This document shows, piece after piece, positions 1-13,878 of a stretch of DNA of 64,000 bases. The DNA is from Hypanus sabinus. Lineage: Eukaryota. The stretch is taken from positions 2,046,001 to 2,110,000 of the forward strand of contig NC_082722.1 of the NCBI RefSeq assembly GCF_030144855.1. The letters run 5' to 3'. The translations under genes and the position numbers were made by a program. Position 1 is the stretch's first letter. The number at the start of each line of letters is the position of its first letter. The notes beneath the pieces are model-generated. The model did not search any database, had not been told where the DNA came from, and worked only from the letters and a program-made list of their open reading frames with translations.

Positions 1-639
1 TGAAACAACCAAAAAGCAAAATTGCTTTATCTGCTTCTACGGCTCTCCCGTAATAATTGGAGATGGAGAATAACAAAGAAAAACGCTTTGATCACTTGGG
101 TGAGTTAAGCATTTTACCCGATGCTTTATTAAGAATGTAGCTGCGTACCTCAATGATCACCTTCTCAATATTTTTCTCAATTAATTCCGAGACAAGTAAG
201 ACAAGAGAGATCCACATGGCACTCATTATTTTGTTTCACTTTCAGGCTGCATGCCAAATAAATGTCAATTCTAAACACCAGAATTTCTTTCCATTTCTTT
301 TTCTGCGTTTATATTTCAACCGTATACCACACTCATATCTCTATCACACCTAAAACATCTATGCCTCTTGTTCTTCCTTCTCCCAGCACTCAGGTCCTGG
401 AGTATTTCGCGCCTCGTTTTTGATCCATGCTTCATCTTAGGAGAATTAACTTCTCTAAATGAATATACTTTATTTTTCTTGCATCTTCCTTGGTTTTTCA
501 AAGATTGCTGTAAGTTGTTTTTACAATATTATACTTCTCGGTTTTAAATCGAATTGCCGAGTATAGTAATACCCTAACGAACAAATTCAGCGTGTGATGT
601 CTACTCCTTTCAACCAGGCACCTTGAGTGCACTACCTGT

Positions 640-944
640 CAGCATCGGAATCAGGTTTAATATCGCCTGCATATATCGTGAAACTTATTAACTTAGCCGC
701 AGCAGTGGAATGCATAATAATATTCAGAAAGTATACTACAGTAAGAGTATATATCTTAAATATTTAAATTAAACAAGTAGTGGGGGAAAATAGAAATAAA
801 AAAGTAGTGATGTGGTGTTCCTGGGTTCGATGTCCATTCAGATATCAGGTGGCAGAAGAGAAGAATCTGTTGCTAACTCTTTGAGTGTGTGTCTTCAGAC
901 GTCTGTACCTCTTTCCTGACGGTAACAATAAGAAGAGGGCATCT
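640..944 (-). mobile_element. Old Rex1/Babar-like LINE fragment, part 1 (host of the Academ insertion)
   Basis: The degenerate repeat ends at ...agaagagggcatct and resumes after the Academ element at 13521 as tctcctgggtg.... Family is assigned from the RT-like reading of the later segments. Confidence 0.55.
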
Positions 945-1334
945 TAGTCCGTGAGCTAGGATCACAAATTTTGGCCACCGGTACCATCTGGTTTGAATAA
1001 TTCTTATAGTGATTTTTCGCAAGGTATACGCCCCCAGTGCTAGAAAATGTGTGACAGCATTGCAGCGGTAGTAGCTTTCTGTGTTCTGTGTGAGAGGATC
1101 AGCTAAGTTTTAAACCATGTGAACAACATGGCCAGTGAATTGAATCAAAAAAAGTTGAACAATCTGCTGCGAAGTCCACTCTTAGCTGAGCTGATAACCC
1201 TGTGGACAGACTTTCTGGAACATCTCCATCACAACAATGCAGAGCTATCCGCATTCTGGATATTATACAGTGACATGGTAGAGAACGTAGTACTTAACCT
1301 CTGTGCTCCTCTCGTGAGGGGGTCCGGGAGGTCT

Positions 1335-4300
1335 ATATTTACTAAGGAAACTGGCATGGAGTAAATGGAAATAAGGCAAACAGGTAGTTAGGTCATGGAA
1401 CCTATACAGATTGAAGAGGAGGAGGCTCTTGCTATCTTGAGACAAATCAGAGCAGGTAAATCCCCAGGACCTGACCGGATATTCCCTCGCACCTTGAAGG
1501 ACACTTGTGTTGAAATTGTAGGGGCCCTGGCAGATATATTTGAAATGTCGGTATCTACGGGTGAGGTGCCAAAGGACTGGAGGATAGTTCATGTTGTTCC
1601 ATTGTTTAAAAAAGGCTCTAAAAGTAATCCAGGAAACTATAGGAAAGTAGGTAAATTATTGGAAGGAGTACTAAGAGAAAGGATCTACAAGTATTTAGAT
1701 ACACAGGGACTTATTAGGGAGAGTCAACACGACTTCGTGCGTGGTAGGTCACGCTTAACATATCTATCAGAGTTTCTTGAGGAGGTTACAAGGAGTGTGG
1801 ATGAAGGGAAGGCTGTGGATATTGTCTACGGGGACTTCAGTAAGGACTTTGACAAGGTCCCTCATGGGAGGTTAGGAAGATTTGATCGCTGGGTATACAT
1901 GGTGAGGGAGTAAATTGGATTAGACATTGGCTCAATGGGAGAAGCCAGAGAGTGGTAGTGGAGGATTGCTACTCTGAGTGGAGGCCTGTGACTAGTGGTG
2001 TGCCATAGGGATCAGTGCTGGGTCCATTGTTCTTTGTCATCTATATCAATGATCTGGATGATAATGTGGTATATTGGATCATCAAATTTGTTGATGATAC
2101 AAAGTTTGGAGGTGTAGTGGACAGTGAGGAAGGTTTTCAAAGCTTGCAGAGGGATCTGGACCAGCTAGAAAAATGGGCTGAAAAATGGCAGATGGAGTTT
2201 AATACAGGCAAGTGTAAGGTATTGCACTTTGGAAGGAAAAACCATGATAGAACATACAAGGTAAATGGTAGGGCACTGAGCAGTGCAGATACAAAATTCC
2301 CTAAACGTGGTATCACAGATAGATAAGGTAGTAAAGAGTACTTCTGGTACATTGGTACAAGCCATGGGTAACAAAGGACATTAAGGACATCCTGAACGCT
2401 AAAAAGAGGGCGTTTAGAGATGGAAATAGGGAGGAGCTGAGGACAATACAGAGGGACCTGAAAGCCAAGATCAGGGAGGCTAAAGACAGGTATAGGAGGA
2501 AGCTTGAGTGGAAACTCCAGCAGAGCAACACGAGAGAGGTCTGGAGTGGGATGAGGACCATCACTGGGTTCTGGCAAACTAGCAACGGAGAAGCTGAAGG
2601 CAATGTGGACAGGGACAACGAACTTAACCTGTTCTTCAACAGATTTGACACTGTGGCCCCTGCCCATCCCCCACATGATTCATCTGTTGTCGGCCCCCAA
2701 CCTTCACTCTCCCCTCCTACCCCTCCTCACAAACCCCCACCCTGCTCTCATGACAACACCCCTCCCACATCTGAAACCACCACGGTGGGCTTCACAGCTG
2801 AACAGGTGAGAAGACAGCTGAAACGTCTCCACCCAAGCAAGGCTGCAGGCTCGGATGGTGTCAGCCCCCGGGTGTTCAAAGTCTGTGCCCCCCAGCTATG
2901 TGGAGTACTTCACCATGTCTTCAATCTGAGCCTGAGACTCTAGAGGGTTCCTGTGCTGTGGAAGACATCCTGCCTCGATCCTGTACCGGAGACGTCGCGC
3001 CCCAATGGCTCCAATGACTACAGACCGGTGGCATTGACCTCCCACATCATGAAGACCCAGGAGAGACTTGTTCTAAAGCAGCTCCGGCCTATGGTTAGAC
3101 CACACTTAGACCCCCTCCAGTTCGCCTATCAGCCCCGACTAGGAGTTGAGGATGCCATCGTCTACCTGCTGAACCGTGTCTACGCCCACCTGGACGAGCC
3201 GGCGAGCACTGTGAGGGTCATGTTTTTTTACTTCTCCAGTGCATTCAACACCATCCGCCCTGCTCTGCTGGGTCAGAAGCTGACAGTGATGCAGGTGGAT
3301 GTTTCCCTGGTGTCATGGATTATTGATTACCTGACTGGCAGAACACAGTACGTGAGCTTACAACACTGTGTGTCAGACAGAGTGGTCAGCAGCACTGGGG
3401 CTCCACAGGTGACTGTCCTGTCTCCCTTTCTCTTCACCATCTACCCCTCGGACTTCAACTACTGTACAGAGTCTTGCCATCTTCAGAAGTTTTCTGATGT
3501 CTCTGCCATAGTTGGATGCATCAGCAAGGGAGATGAGGCTGAGTACAGGGCTACGGTGGGAAATATCTGCAGCTTAATGTGAAAAAGACTAAGGAGCTGG
3601 TGGTGGACCTGAGGAGGGGTAAGGCACCGGTGACCCCTGTTTCCATCCAAGGGGTCAGTGTGGACATGGTGGAGGATTACAAATACCTGGGGATACGAAT
3701 TGACAATAAACTGGACTGGTCAAAGAACACTGAGGCTGTCGACAAGAGGGTCAGAGCCGTCTCTATTTCCTGAGGAGACTGAGGTCCTTTAACATCTGCC
3801 GGACGATGCTGAGGATGTTCTATGAGTCTGTGGTGGCCAGTGCTATCATGTTTGCTGCTGTGTGCTGGGGCAGCAGGCTGAGGGTAGCAGACACCAACAG
3901 AATCAACAAACTCATTCGTAAGGCCAGTGATGTTGTTGGGGTGGAACTGGACTCTCTGACAGTGGTGTCTGAAAAGAGGATGCTGTCCAAGTTGCATGCC
4001 ATCTTGGACAATGACTCCCATCCACTCCATAATGTACTGGTTAGGCACAGGAGTACATTCAGCCAGAGACTCATTCCACCGAGATGCATCACTGAGCATC
4101 ATAGGAAGCCATTCCTACCTGTGGCCATCAAACCTTACAACTCCTCCCTCGGTGCGTCAGACACCCTGAGCCAATAGGCTGGTCCTGGACTTATTCCCAC
4201 TTGGCACGATTAACTTATTATTATTTAATTATTTATGGTTTATATTGCTATATTTCTACACTATCCTTGGTTGGTGCGGCTGTAACGAAACTCAATTTCC

Positions 4301-4957
4301 CTCGGGATCAATAAAGTATGTCTGTCTGTTTGTCTGTCTGTTTATAAATCAAAGTTTTGAGTATAAGAGTTGGACTGTTATGGTGAGGTTGTATAAGGCA
4401 TTGGTGAGGCCGAATTTGGACTATTGTGTGCAGTTTTGGTCACCGAATTAAAGGAAGGATATTAATAAGGTTAAAAGAGTGCAGAGAAGGTTTACAAGGA
4501 TGTTGCCGGGAACTTGAGAAACTGAGTTGCAGGGAAAGGTTGAATAGGTTAGGACTTTATTCCCTGGAACGTAGAAGAATGAGGGGAGACTTGATAGAGG
4601 TATATAAAATTATGATGAGTATAGATAGAGTGAATGCAAGCAGGCTTTTTCCACTGAGGCTAGGAGAGAAAAAAAACAAAAGACATGGATTAAGGGTGAA
4701 GGGGGAAAGTTTAAAGGGAACATGGGGCTTCTTCACACAGAGAGTGGTGGGAGTGTGGAATGAGCTGCCAGATGAAGTGGTAAACGTAGGATCACTTTTA
4801 ACATTGAAGAAAAATTTGGATAGGTACATGGATGAGAGGTGTATGGAGGGATATGGTCCAGGTGCAGGTCAGTAGGACTAGGCAGAAAAATGGTTTGGCA
4901 CAGCCATGAAGGGCCAAAAGGACTGTTTCTGTGCTGTAATGTTCTATGGTTCTATGG
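1335..4957 (+). mobile_element. 5'-truncated CR1 LINE inserted in the Academ transposase, itself split by Rex1
   Basis: ORF2 motifs KSPGPD, RIVHVVPLFKKG, YGDFSKDFDKVPH, IIKFVDDT and YCVQFWSP are present. The 3' tail is (TTCTATGG)n at ~4940-4957. CR1 sequence stops at 2355 and resumes at 4341. Confidence 0.9.
2356..4340 (+). mobile_element. 5'-truncated Rex1/Babar LINE nested in CR1
   Basis: RT motifs KAAGSDG, NDYRPVALTS, LDPLQFAY, FSSAFNTI, VLSPFLFTIY and KFSD are present. The 3' end is AATAAAG followed by a (TGTC)n tail. CR1 continues on both sides (ggtacattgg | tttataaatc). Confidence 0.9.
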
Positions 4958-5105
4958 TTGCACCTCCATGCTATAATAACCAGGGTCCAATGGCGCTTTG
5001 CCTATGATAAGATGAATTACTCCTGGTACCTCTCCCTTTATTTTGCTCAGATGATGAACCTCCCAGAGAAGAATCCTTCTGTGTATGAGTCATTCAAGAC
5101 AGGCC

Positions 5106-8100
5106 GAGACTTCCGGTAAGATGGCGATCGCTTAGTCGCTTCAAACTTTCGCTCCGTTACGTTTCTTACCTTTGCACTGTGTATCTCCCTTTTTAAATCT
5201 TAGTTCGTCAATTCTTCTGTTTTTTTTCTTATCTGCCTGCGAATACGTCTATCTCACAATGACTACAAAGATTCCTAAATCCGGGAAAAAAGAAGCGTCC
5301 ACGTCCCTGTCTGCCGAGATTCTCTCTATTCTGGAACAGAATCGACAAGACATTCTATCTGATATCAAGACTGAATTTAGAGCCTCTATTAGTCAGCTGG
5401 AATCAAAATTGGACCAGATTAACGCCACAGTGGATGATCAAGCCGAATATTTATCTCGCATCGACCTACCTCCGAAGAATTAAAACGCCGCGTTCAGCAG
5501 CTAGAAACTTTCTGCTCTAACTTTACGGAGCAAAACAGCAAACTTACTTCCAAAATGGCGGATCTCGAAAATCAGAGCAGGCGCTGCAATCTGCGAATTC
5601 TCGGTTTGCCAGAGGCCACTGAAATGGGTTCTTCCGTTGAATTTTTCTCTACTTTCCTTTGTGAGATTTTCGGGAAAGAATTTTTCCGACTCCACCCGAG
5701 TTAGAAAGAGCCCACAGAGTGTATGTCCCTCGAGCTGTTTTAGATTCTAGAGCACAGCCAGTTATCATTTGTTTTCATCGATATCAGGTTAAAACCCGTC
5801 TGATTATGGAGGCACTCCGAAGAGGTGCTCTGACTTTTCGAAATAATACCATTCGTATCGTAGAAGTCTATGCTCCCCAGGTTCTGAAGGTGCGTGCCGA
5901 GTACAAAGGCGTTATGAAGGAACTCTTCAATCGTGGATTCAAACCTTCTCTTCGTAATCCTGCCGATCTTCGAATTACGCTTACCACTGGGGATTATAAG
6001 TGGTTTAAGTCAGTTAGAGAGGCTGAAATGTTTGTCGAAGATCTCTCAACCATCTTGACTTCTTCGGATCCCGTTTGACTTCCAAAATGGCTGAGAAGTA
6101 CTTTTTGAAAATAAAGTCTTTTTTGCGAACTCAGATTCTATTTGAGTAATTTAGTCTTTAACTACTGAGAATCCAAAGGGTTTTAGTCGGTCTCTCCTCG
6201 GACTTGGTGTGATTTTCCTCAATAGGCGATTTAAATAAAATGCTTTCCTGTGGACTCAGATTTCATTTGTATAATTTAATTTACTATTGAATAACTTTAA
6301 CTATAGAGAACTACAATTGGTCTTAGCTTATTTGGGAGACAGAGTTTTTATTGAAGGTCTTCCTGTCAATTTATTGTATAAGACCTGCTTTTTTTTAAAA
6401 TGGCTGTTATGTACTTTATATATAAAATTTCCCTTCTTTCTTTCTCCCTCCATTTTTTTCTTCCAATTTACTTTTTTTCCCCAATTTTTTCATAGTTTCT
6501 CACGGGTAGATTATTTCTCGATTATTATTTTGTATTAAGGTTTATATTCTTTCTGATGAAGGTGCTTCTATTTTTAATTCTGATTTGTAGTGCATAAATT
6601 GGTTAGTCTTTGCTATATTATTTACACTGAGCTTATGTCAATGTTACGGAACTTGAAGTTGGTTTTTGGGTGTCCTTTGTCTTGTAGAGCTAGCTGCTTA
6701 TTTTGGGTAGCCATCTATTTTTAGGTTGTTTGGGTGGGGTGGGTTCTCCAGCACCAACACTATCTACTGTTTTTTTTTTGTTTTTTATTGTTATTCAGGA
6801 CTTGTCTGTGTCCTGTTTTTATTGACTTATGTTTATATTCTTGCATCCAAACTGCTATTGTTTTGTTTGACCTTATATATGCCTGCTCCCTTTTACATTT
6901 TAACAATTGATAATAGTTAGTCCATTGCAGTTTGTGAGCTGGAATGTAAAGGGATTGGATCATCCTGTTAAAAGAAGGACGTTCTTCTCCCATATTAAGC
7001 AACTTAAAGCTGACATTGCCTTCCTCCAAGAAACTCATATTTGTAGTTTTGATAATTCTCGGCTTATGCCAAGGTGGGTGGGTCAACATTTTCATTCATC
7101 CTTCCCAGCCCAAGCTAGGGGGATTTCTATTCTTATCAACTCAAATGTTCCTTTTGAACTCCATAGTAAGATATCTGATAAAAAATGGCTGCTTTATTAT
7201 TGTTTCTGGTAAATTATATAATACTAAAGTAGTACTAGCTAATCTGTATGCTCCCAATTTTGACGATGTTAACTTTTTTGAATGCTTTATTTCCTTCTTA
7301 CCAGATCTGAATCTATATTCTCTTATACTGGGTGGCGACTTTAATTGCTGATTAGACCCAGCTTTAGATCGATCGTCCTCTGTCCCTAGATTGCCTACTA
7401 AATCTTTTTAGCTATTCACTCTTCTCTTTCTAATTATGGTAATTCGGATATATGGCGATTCCTTCATCCTACTGAGAGAGATTATTCTTTTTTTCCCATG
7501 TCCATCATACCTTCACTAGAATTGACTATTTTCTAATTGATAATCAACTTATTTCATTTGTCCACTCTTGTGATTATCAGAGTATACTGATTTCCCATCA
7601 TGCCCCAGTCACCTTGTCTCTAAATCTTCCTGGTCTCCCTCAGAGGAATAAACATTCGTGTTTTAACCCGACTTTATTATCGGATGATGGTTTTATAAAA
7701 TTTATTAAGGATCAGATAACTTTTTTCCTAAACACCAATACGTCATCTGAAATTTCATCCCAGATTGTCTGGGATGCTATGAGACCATATTTGAGGGGGT
7801 CATATAATTTCATATACAGTGAATATTAATAGAAAGTCTCGTTCGGAGCGATTAGATTTTATTAATCAGATTAAAGTATTAGATCAACTATATGCTCAGA
7901 CTAAAAACCCCGAATTATACAAGAAGCGTGTAGAACTCCAAAGTAAATTTGACCTTCTCTCCACTCAACCAGTCGAACGTCAACTTCTTGAAAGTAAGAG
8001 TTGCTTTTATATTCATGGTGACAAATCTGGCAAGTTTCTAGTTAATCAGTTGAGACGCTCTAAAGCTAAACAACATATTACAAAGTATCGGAAGGAGAAT

Positions 8101-10998
8101 GGAGATATTACATCGAATCACTCAGAAATTAATGACTCATTTAAGAATTTTTATTCTCGGCTTTATTCCTCCGAATCCCTGAATGATAATATTTCTGTTG
8201 ACCTTCTTTTAAAATAGCTTTACTATCCCTTCGCTTTGATTTGATTCCAAAGCAAAACTTAATGAGCCTATATCACTAGAAGTATCTTTTGCTATCTCTG
8301 CACTGTCGTCAGGCAAATCTCCCGGACCTGATGGGTTCCCCATAGAGTTCTATAAATCATTCTCTTCACTTCTCTGATCTCAGTTGCTCTCAGTACTATC
8401 TGATTCATTTAACTATGGTAAATTACCACCTTCATTTAATGAGGCATTTATTATCCTTTTATTCAAAAAGGGTAAAGATCCAACAGAATGCTCCTCTTAC
8501 AGGCCGATTTCTTTGCTCAATGTTGATGTTAAAATTTTAGCCAAAGTTTTGGCCCATAGATTAGAAAATGTTATACCCTCTATTATCTCTGATGATCAAA
8601 CTGGTTTTATTAAAAATTGTCTTCCGTTTTTCAATATACGGCGTTTATTTAATATTTTATACTCGCCTTCAAATGGGACTCCTGAATGCGTTATTTCTCT
8701 CGATACAGAGAAAGCGTTTGATCATACAGAGTAGAACTACCTTTTTACGGTTTTAGAAAAATTTGACCTCGGTCAAAGTTTTATCTCTTGGATCAAATTG
8801 CTGTATTTATGTCCTACTGCTTCTGTACTGTCTAAGTCTCAGCAATCTCAGTCGTTTAGCCTTAAACGTGGCACCCGTCAAGGATGCCCCTTAAGTCCCT
8901 TTCTTTTTGATTTGGCTTTAGAGCCTCTGGTGATTGCATTTCGAAGCTGTCCTGAACTGACGGGGATCTAGTGGGGGGAGGGGGTGTTGAGCATAAAGTT
9001 TCTCTTTACGCTAACGATTTACTACTTTTTCGTTCAAATCGGTCCACATCCTTACCTCCAATGTTTTCTCTTCTTGATCAATTTAGCCAGTTCTCTGGCT
9101 ATAATCTTATTAACCTTCGTAAAAGTGAACTTTTTCCAATTAATAAAGAAGCACAAGCATTAGTATTTCGCGACCTCCCCTTTAAAGTAGTTGATAATCA
9201 ATTTTCCTATCTTGGTATTACAGTTACAAGGAATTTTAAGGATCTTTTTCGCGAGAATTTTGCCAATCTTTTGCAGTCTACAAAACAGAGTTTGTCACAA
9301 TGGTCACCTTTATCTATGTCATTGGTAGGTCGTGTTAATGCTATTAAAATGTATATTCTCCCTAAATTTTTATATATATTTCAATCTATTCCAATTTTTA
9401 TTTCTAAAACCTTTTTTGATTCCTTAGACTATTATTTTGCCCTATTTGTGTAAAGGTAAGCATTCTAGAATTAATAAAGCTTACCTTCAAAAATCTAAAA
9501 AAGAAGGCGGCATAGTCTTACCTAATATTCGTTTATATTGTTGGGCAGCTAACATTCGTTGTCTTACCTTCTGGACTTTTTTTCATAGCCAGTCTGACCG
9601 CCCTAAATGGCAATGGAGCTGAATTCCACTAAGGATCTCTCTATTTCTGCACTTCTTAGATGTGTACTCCCTGGTAGTTCGCCTAGACTAATTGTTAATC
9701 CGCTTGTTAGACTCACTCTGCGAATATGGGCCCAGTTTAGGAAATTTCTATGGTTTTTCCCTTTCTAATCCTATTTTACATAATCATCTTTTTTTTTACC
9801 CTCTATGCATGATTCAACATTATATGATTGGTATAGAAAGGGCTTTAGGTATTTTGAAGATTTTTTCATTGATAATCGTTTCGCATCTTTTCAAAAACGT
9901 TCTGCTATGTTTAATCTACTTAATGCCCATTTCTTTAGATACCTCCAAATTAGACACTTCATTAATCCTTTTTTACCCAACTCGAGATAAACGCTATGGA
10001 CCTGTTTGTTACTATTAATCCATTGGGTAAAGGCTTAATATATTTTATTCGTGATAAATTAGCACCTTTACGGCGTGCCCCTTTGGATAAAATCAGAATG
10101 GCTTGGGAGCATGACTTAAATATTCCCTTATCTGATGTGGTTTGGGACTCGATTCTCAAATCAGTTCATTCAACTTCTCTTTCTGCTCGCCACTGTCTTT
10201 TACACTTTAAGATTGTTCATAGAGCACATATGTCCAAATCTAAATTGTCTCAATTTTACCCTACTATTAGTCCGGTTTGTGATAAATGCAAAAGTGTTGA
10301 GGCTTCTCTCATTCACATGTACTGGACCTGCCCTGGTCTAGAGAAATTTTGGAGAGATGTTTTCCTAACTTTATCTCATATTCTGCATTGCCACTTAGAA
10401 CCTAACCCTCTGATTGCTCTTTTCGGTTCCTTGAGTGAGATGGATATACATTTGTGCTCGACTAAACGTCGAACACTATCCTTTGCATCTCTTCTGGCCA
10501 GACGTCTAATTCTTCTTAGATGGAGAGATGTTTCCCCACTCATGCGCGCTCAATGGCTCAATGATATTATGCCCTGTTTAGACCTTGAAAAAATTCACTA
10601 CTCAATTCTTAATTCGAACATAAAGTTTCATAAGGTCTGGGGATCATTTATTGAATATTTTCATAACCTTTCCTCTGATAAAGTTTTTTTTTCAGTCCCT
10701 TACTTTCAGCTTTTATTTGGTAGTAGGCATTATTATCTTCTGTTGTTACTTGTATTTACAGTTTTGGGGGTTGGAATGTTCTGATCTATATTTCCTACAT
10801 TTTGCTGTGGTTGGGCTGGAGTTTTTTCTTCTTTGTGGGGGTGGGGGTGGGCATTAACTTTACATGGCTTTAATTTGGGTGCGTTTTCAATTATTATTGT
10901 GAATTATATTATTATTGTATGTTTATTTTGCTCTGTATTAATTTCCTGTTTTGATTTTGGGTTTTTTTATTGCTGTAATGTAGAAAATGCATTAAAAT
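5106..10998 (+). mobile_element. Full-length (~5.9 kb) L1-clade LINE, ORFs disrupted
   Basis: A 10-bp TSD AAGACAGGCC lies at 5096-5105 and 10999-11008. ORF1 is at ~5250-6078 (DLENQSRRCNLRILGLPE). ORF2 is at ~6907-10700, with EN (SWNVKG, FLQETH, GGDFN), RT (YRPISLLN, RQGCPLSP, YANDLL) and a C-terminal Cys motif (CDKC...HMYWTC). Confidence 0.92.
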
Positions 10999-11015
10999 AA
11001 GACAGGCCAATTTCA

Positions 11016-13081
11016 GTGCAGCTGTCAAGTGACAGCCCCTTTAGGCAGATCCCTGTGGACCAGGCTATTGAAGCCACAGTGAACAAAGACAGACAGACTC
11101 CTGGAGGCACATCACTGTTCAACCTGAATGCTGGAGCTCTCAAGCTTTGCTATATACCAGATGAGCACAGCAGTGCATTCCTTGGACAGTTAATGCAGAT
11201 GGTGCAAGGCAACAAATCAGAGCTTTGTCATGCAGAGCTACAGCGACCAAGAATCCAGAAAGCTGAGGAAGCAGTTTCAGCAGTGGTTAGCCTCATACAT
11301 GAATGGGTCAACCCATTTGCAGAGAAGCGGGACCTCATTAGCAACTCTATGGCAAAGGCAGCCCCCAAGGATATTGGCTCCGACCTGTTGAAGGCATCTG
11401 AGATTGGTGAGTAATGCCATGCAACCTTCAAGGATGAGAGACTAGAGGAAGACCTATCAGCAAAGAAATTCCATGACCCAATGAAAACCAACAATCAGAA
11501 AACATTCAGCGATGCATGTAAGAAGAGAGAAGTGAAATCAAATGAGAGGGCTATCATCTTGAAAGCAGACAGCTCTTTGTTTGGACGCATCATAGTGATG
11601 GCACAAGGGCGCAGTCTATGTATGGAGGATATCCTTTCTCATCCCCTTGGACCATTGCCCTGGGCCCTGTCCACACCAGAAGGATTGCTGAGAAAGACAA
11701 ATAAAGCTACTTTAGCCACAACCTTGCAGGAAAATGTAGCAGTAGAAGAGCATCGCCCAGGAAACTCTACTGCAGTAGTTGATAGAATGAACTTGGTCCA
11801 AAGAGTGAAAGGTGATCAAGTTACTTTCAGAGATGTTGCCACAACAGTTCTGGGTATGACTTTGAGGGAAGGCAGTCAGAGTAGCAGAATCGATGTTGTG
11901 TTTGACACATACAAGGAGAACTCTATCAAGAATAGTGGAAGATCTCTATGGGGTGAAGAGACTGGTCATGAGTTGCAAGGTATCACAGGTATACAGATGG
12001 TGAGGCAGTGGAGGAGCTTCCTGACCAAAGTCAGCAACAGAAATAGTCTCATTAGCTTCATAGTCCATGAATGGAAGAAGGCGGAGTACAGAGCAAAACT
12101 ACAGGAGAAGATTCTGTATGCAACTGTGAATGAAAAATGTTACAGAATCACATCTCAAGACAGTGAGGATGTGTCAACTCTTCAGTATCAACAAGAAGAA
12201 GCAGATGGCCGCCTAATTCTCCATGCTACCCATGTCACAAGGGAGGGATACCAATCTGTAGTGATCTGCTTAGAAGACACATCTGTCTTTATCATGTCTT
12301 TACGATTTTGTGACAGGATTGAGGCCCTGTTATTCCAGAAGTGTGGCACTAGAACCCATTACAAGGCTTGTAGACATAAAGAAGGTTGCTGCACAGAGGT
12401 TTGTAGGGCTCTCAGGGATTGCACGCATATACAGGATGTGATACTGTAAACGATTTTGCAGGCAAAGGGAAGACAAGTGCCCTAAAGCTTCTGACCAGCA
12501 ACAGGGAAACTCAGGACACATTCTTAGAATTGGGTCAAGAATAGGACCTCTCCCCAGAACTGATGGACAAACTTGAGGCATTTACATGTCTCCTGTATGC
12601 GCCAAAAGCATCGACCACCAAGGTCAATGAGCTCAGGTATCACCTCTTCTGTGCCAAAAAAGGTGAAATCGAAAGTCATCAACTCCCACCATGTAAGGAC
12701 TGCTTAACAAAACAGGCACAGCGAGCCAACTACCAGGCTGGTATATAGAGAAGATGTTTGGAGAAGGACCCGCAAGTGCCAAGCCCTGTTGGCAGAGGAT
12801 GGAAGATGAAGAGAGAAGAGGAAGCTGAACAGTTGGTGGTGCACTGGATGGAAGGCCAGCCAGCACCTGATGCCGTCCCGGATCTACTGGCCTGTAACTG
12901 TCCAAAAAAATGTTCACTCCCAAGGTGTATGTGTGTTGCAAATGGCCTCAGGTGTACTGACATGTGTAGACTGGCAGACTGTGAGAACCAGGCATCCACC
13001 TCAGAGAGAGTGGAAAGTTCAGATGAAGATGTGGAAGACGTGGAGACTTGGAAAATTATTATGATCATTAATAGGTTATGA
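11016..13081 (+). pseudogene. Academ-type transposase, C-terminal part, broken by stops and frameshifts
   Basis: ORF-track pieces 11016-11414, 11481-12449, 12563-12748 and 12758-13081 read as one continuous protein with an XPG-like nuclease and a CXC/Cys-rich domain. Confidence 0.75.
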
Positions 13082-13520
13082 AAGTATGGAAAACAAAGCA
13101 TAGAAAGTAGTCTTTGATTAAATATATTAATTTTACAACCAAATGGGGTCTAGATTATGGCCATGTGGAACCACACATTTGAATTATTGTATTGTAATTC
13201 TCTATGCTATGACAAAAGCTTAAGATTGTTTTGATTTGATACAACAATATGGAAAATATCTTGACATTGATAAAACTCCAGAAATCTCTCCAAATGAGAT
13301 TTTTTTTTACCTTATGGGGGTGGGGTAACGTTTTCTGCTGTACTGATGTTAATATGGAATATATACAAAAAGTGATTATTTATTTTAAGTAATAAAGCTA
13401 CCACTGGTGCAATGCTATCGCATATCTTCTAACTCTAGAGATGTATACCTTGCCAAAAATCACTATGAGCATTATTCCCTCCAGATGGTGTACCGACCAA
13501 CCCTAGTGGCTCACGGACTA

Positions 13521-13878
13521 TCTCCTGGGTGAGAAGGGACTTTAATAATGGATGCGCCTTTTTGAGGTACCGAAACTTGAAGATGTCTTGTGTACTATGG
13601 AGGCCAGTGCCCATGATGCAGCTGCCTAATTTTAGAACTCACTACACATTACTTCGATTCTGTGAAGTGTCCCCCCTCCCCATACGAGACAGTGATGCAG
13701 CCAGTTAGACTGCTCTCCACGGTATATTTGTAAAAACCTGTGAGTATTTTTGGTGACATACCAAATCTCCTCAAACTCGTTATTCAATACAGCCGCTGTC
13801 TCGCCTTCTTTATGACTGCACCTGTATGTTAGATCCAGGTCCCACTGGGAAACTGACACCCACGGACTTGAAATTACT
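13521..13878 (-). mobile_element. Old Rex1/Babar-like LINE fragment, part 2
   Basis: It continues the repeat cut at 944. The minus strand reads like the RT C-terminus (HRFLQIYR...LHHCLVWG). Confidence 0.6.

Larger units (their letters stand above)
945..13520 (+). mobile_element. Academ-like (AcademX-type) DNA transposon, internally deleted and interrupted by three nested retroelements
   Basis: Termini are TAGTCCGTGAGC... and ...GCTCACGGACTA. Imperfect inverted repeats lie at 945-1078 and 13394-13520, and a 3-bp TSD TCT at 942-944 and 13521-13523. Transposase pieces occur at ~1090-1330, 4958-5105 and 11009-13081. They include XPG/PIN-like motifs (QEEADGRLILHA, GLHAYTGCD) and a Cys-rich C-terminus (ACNCPKKCSLPRCMCVANGLRCTDMC). 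Confidence 0.8.

Noticed and set aside
110-217. Minus-strand ATG with signal-peptide-like start MWISLVLLVS
   Set aside because: No phase-1 donor follows at leader distance and no downstream exon is visible within the window.
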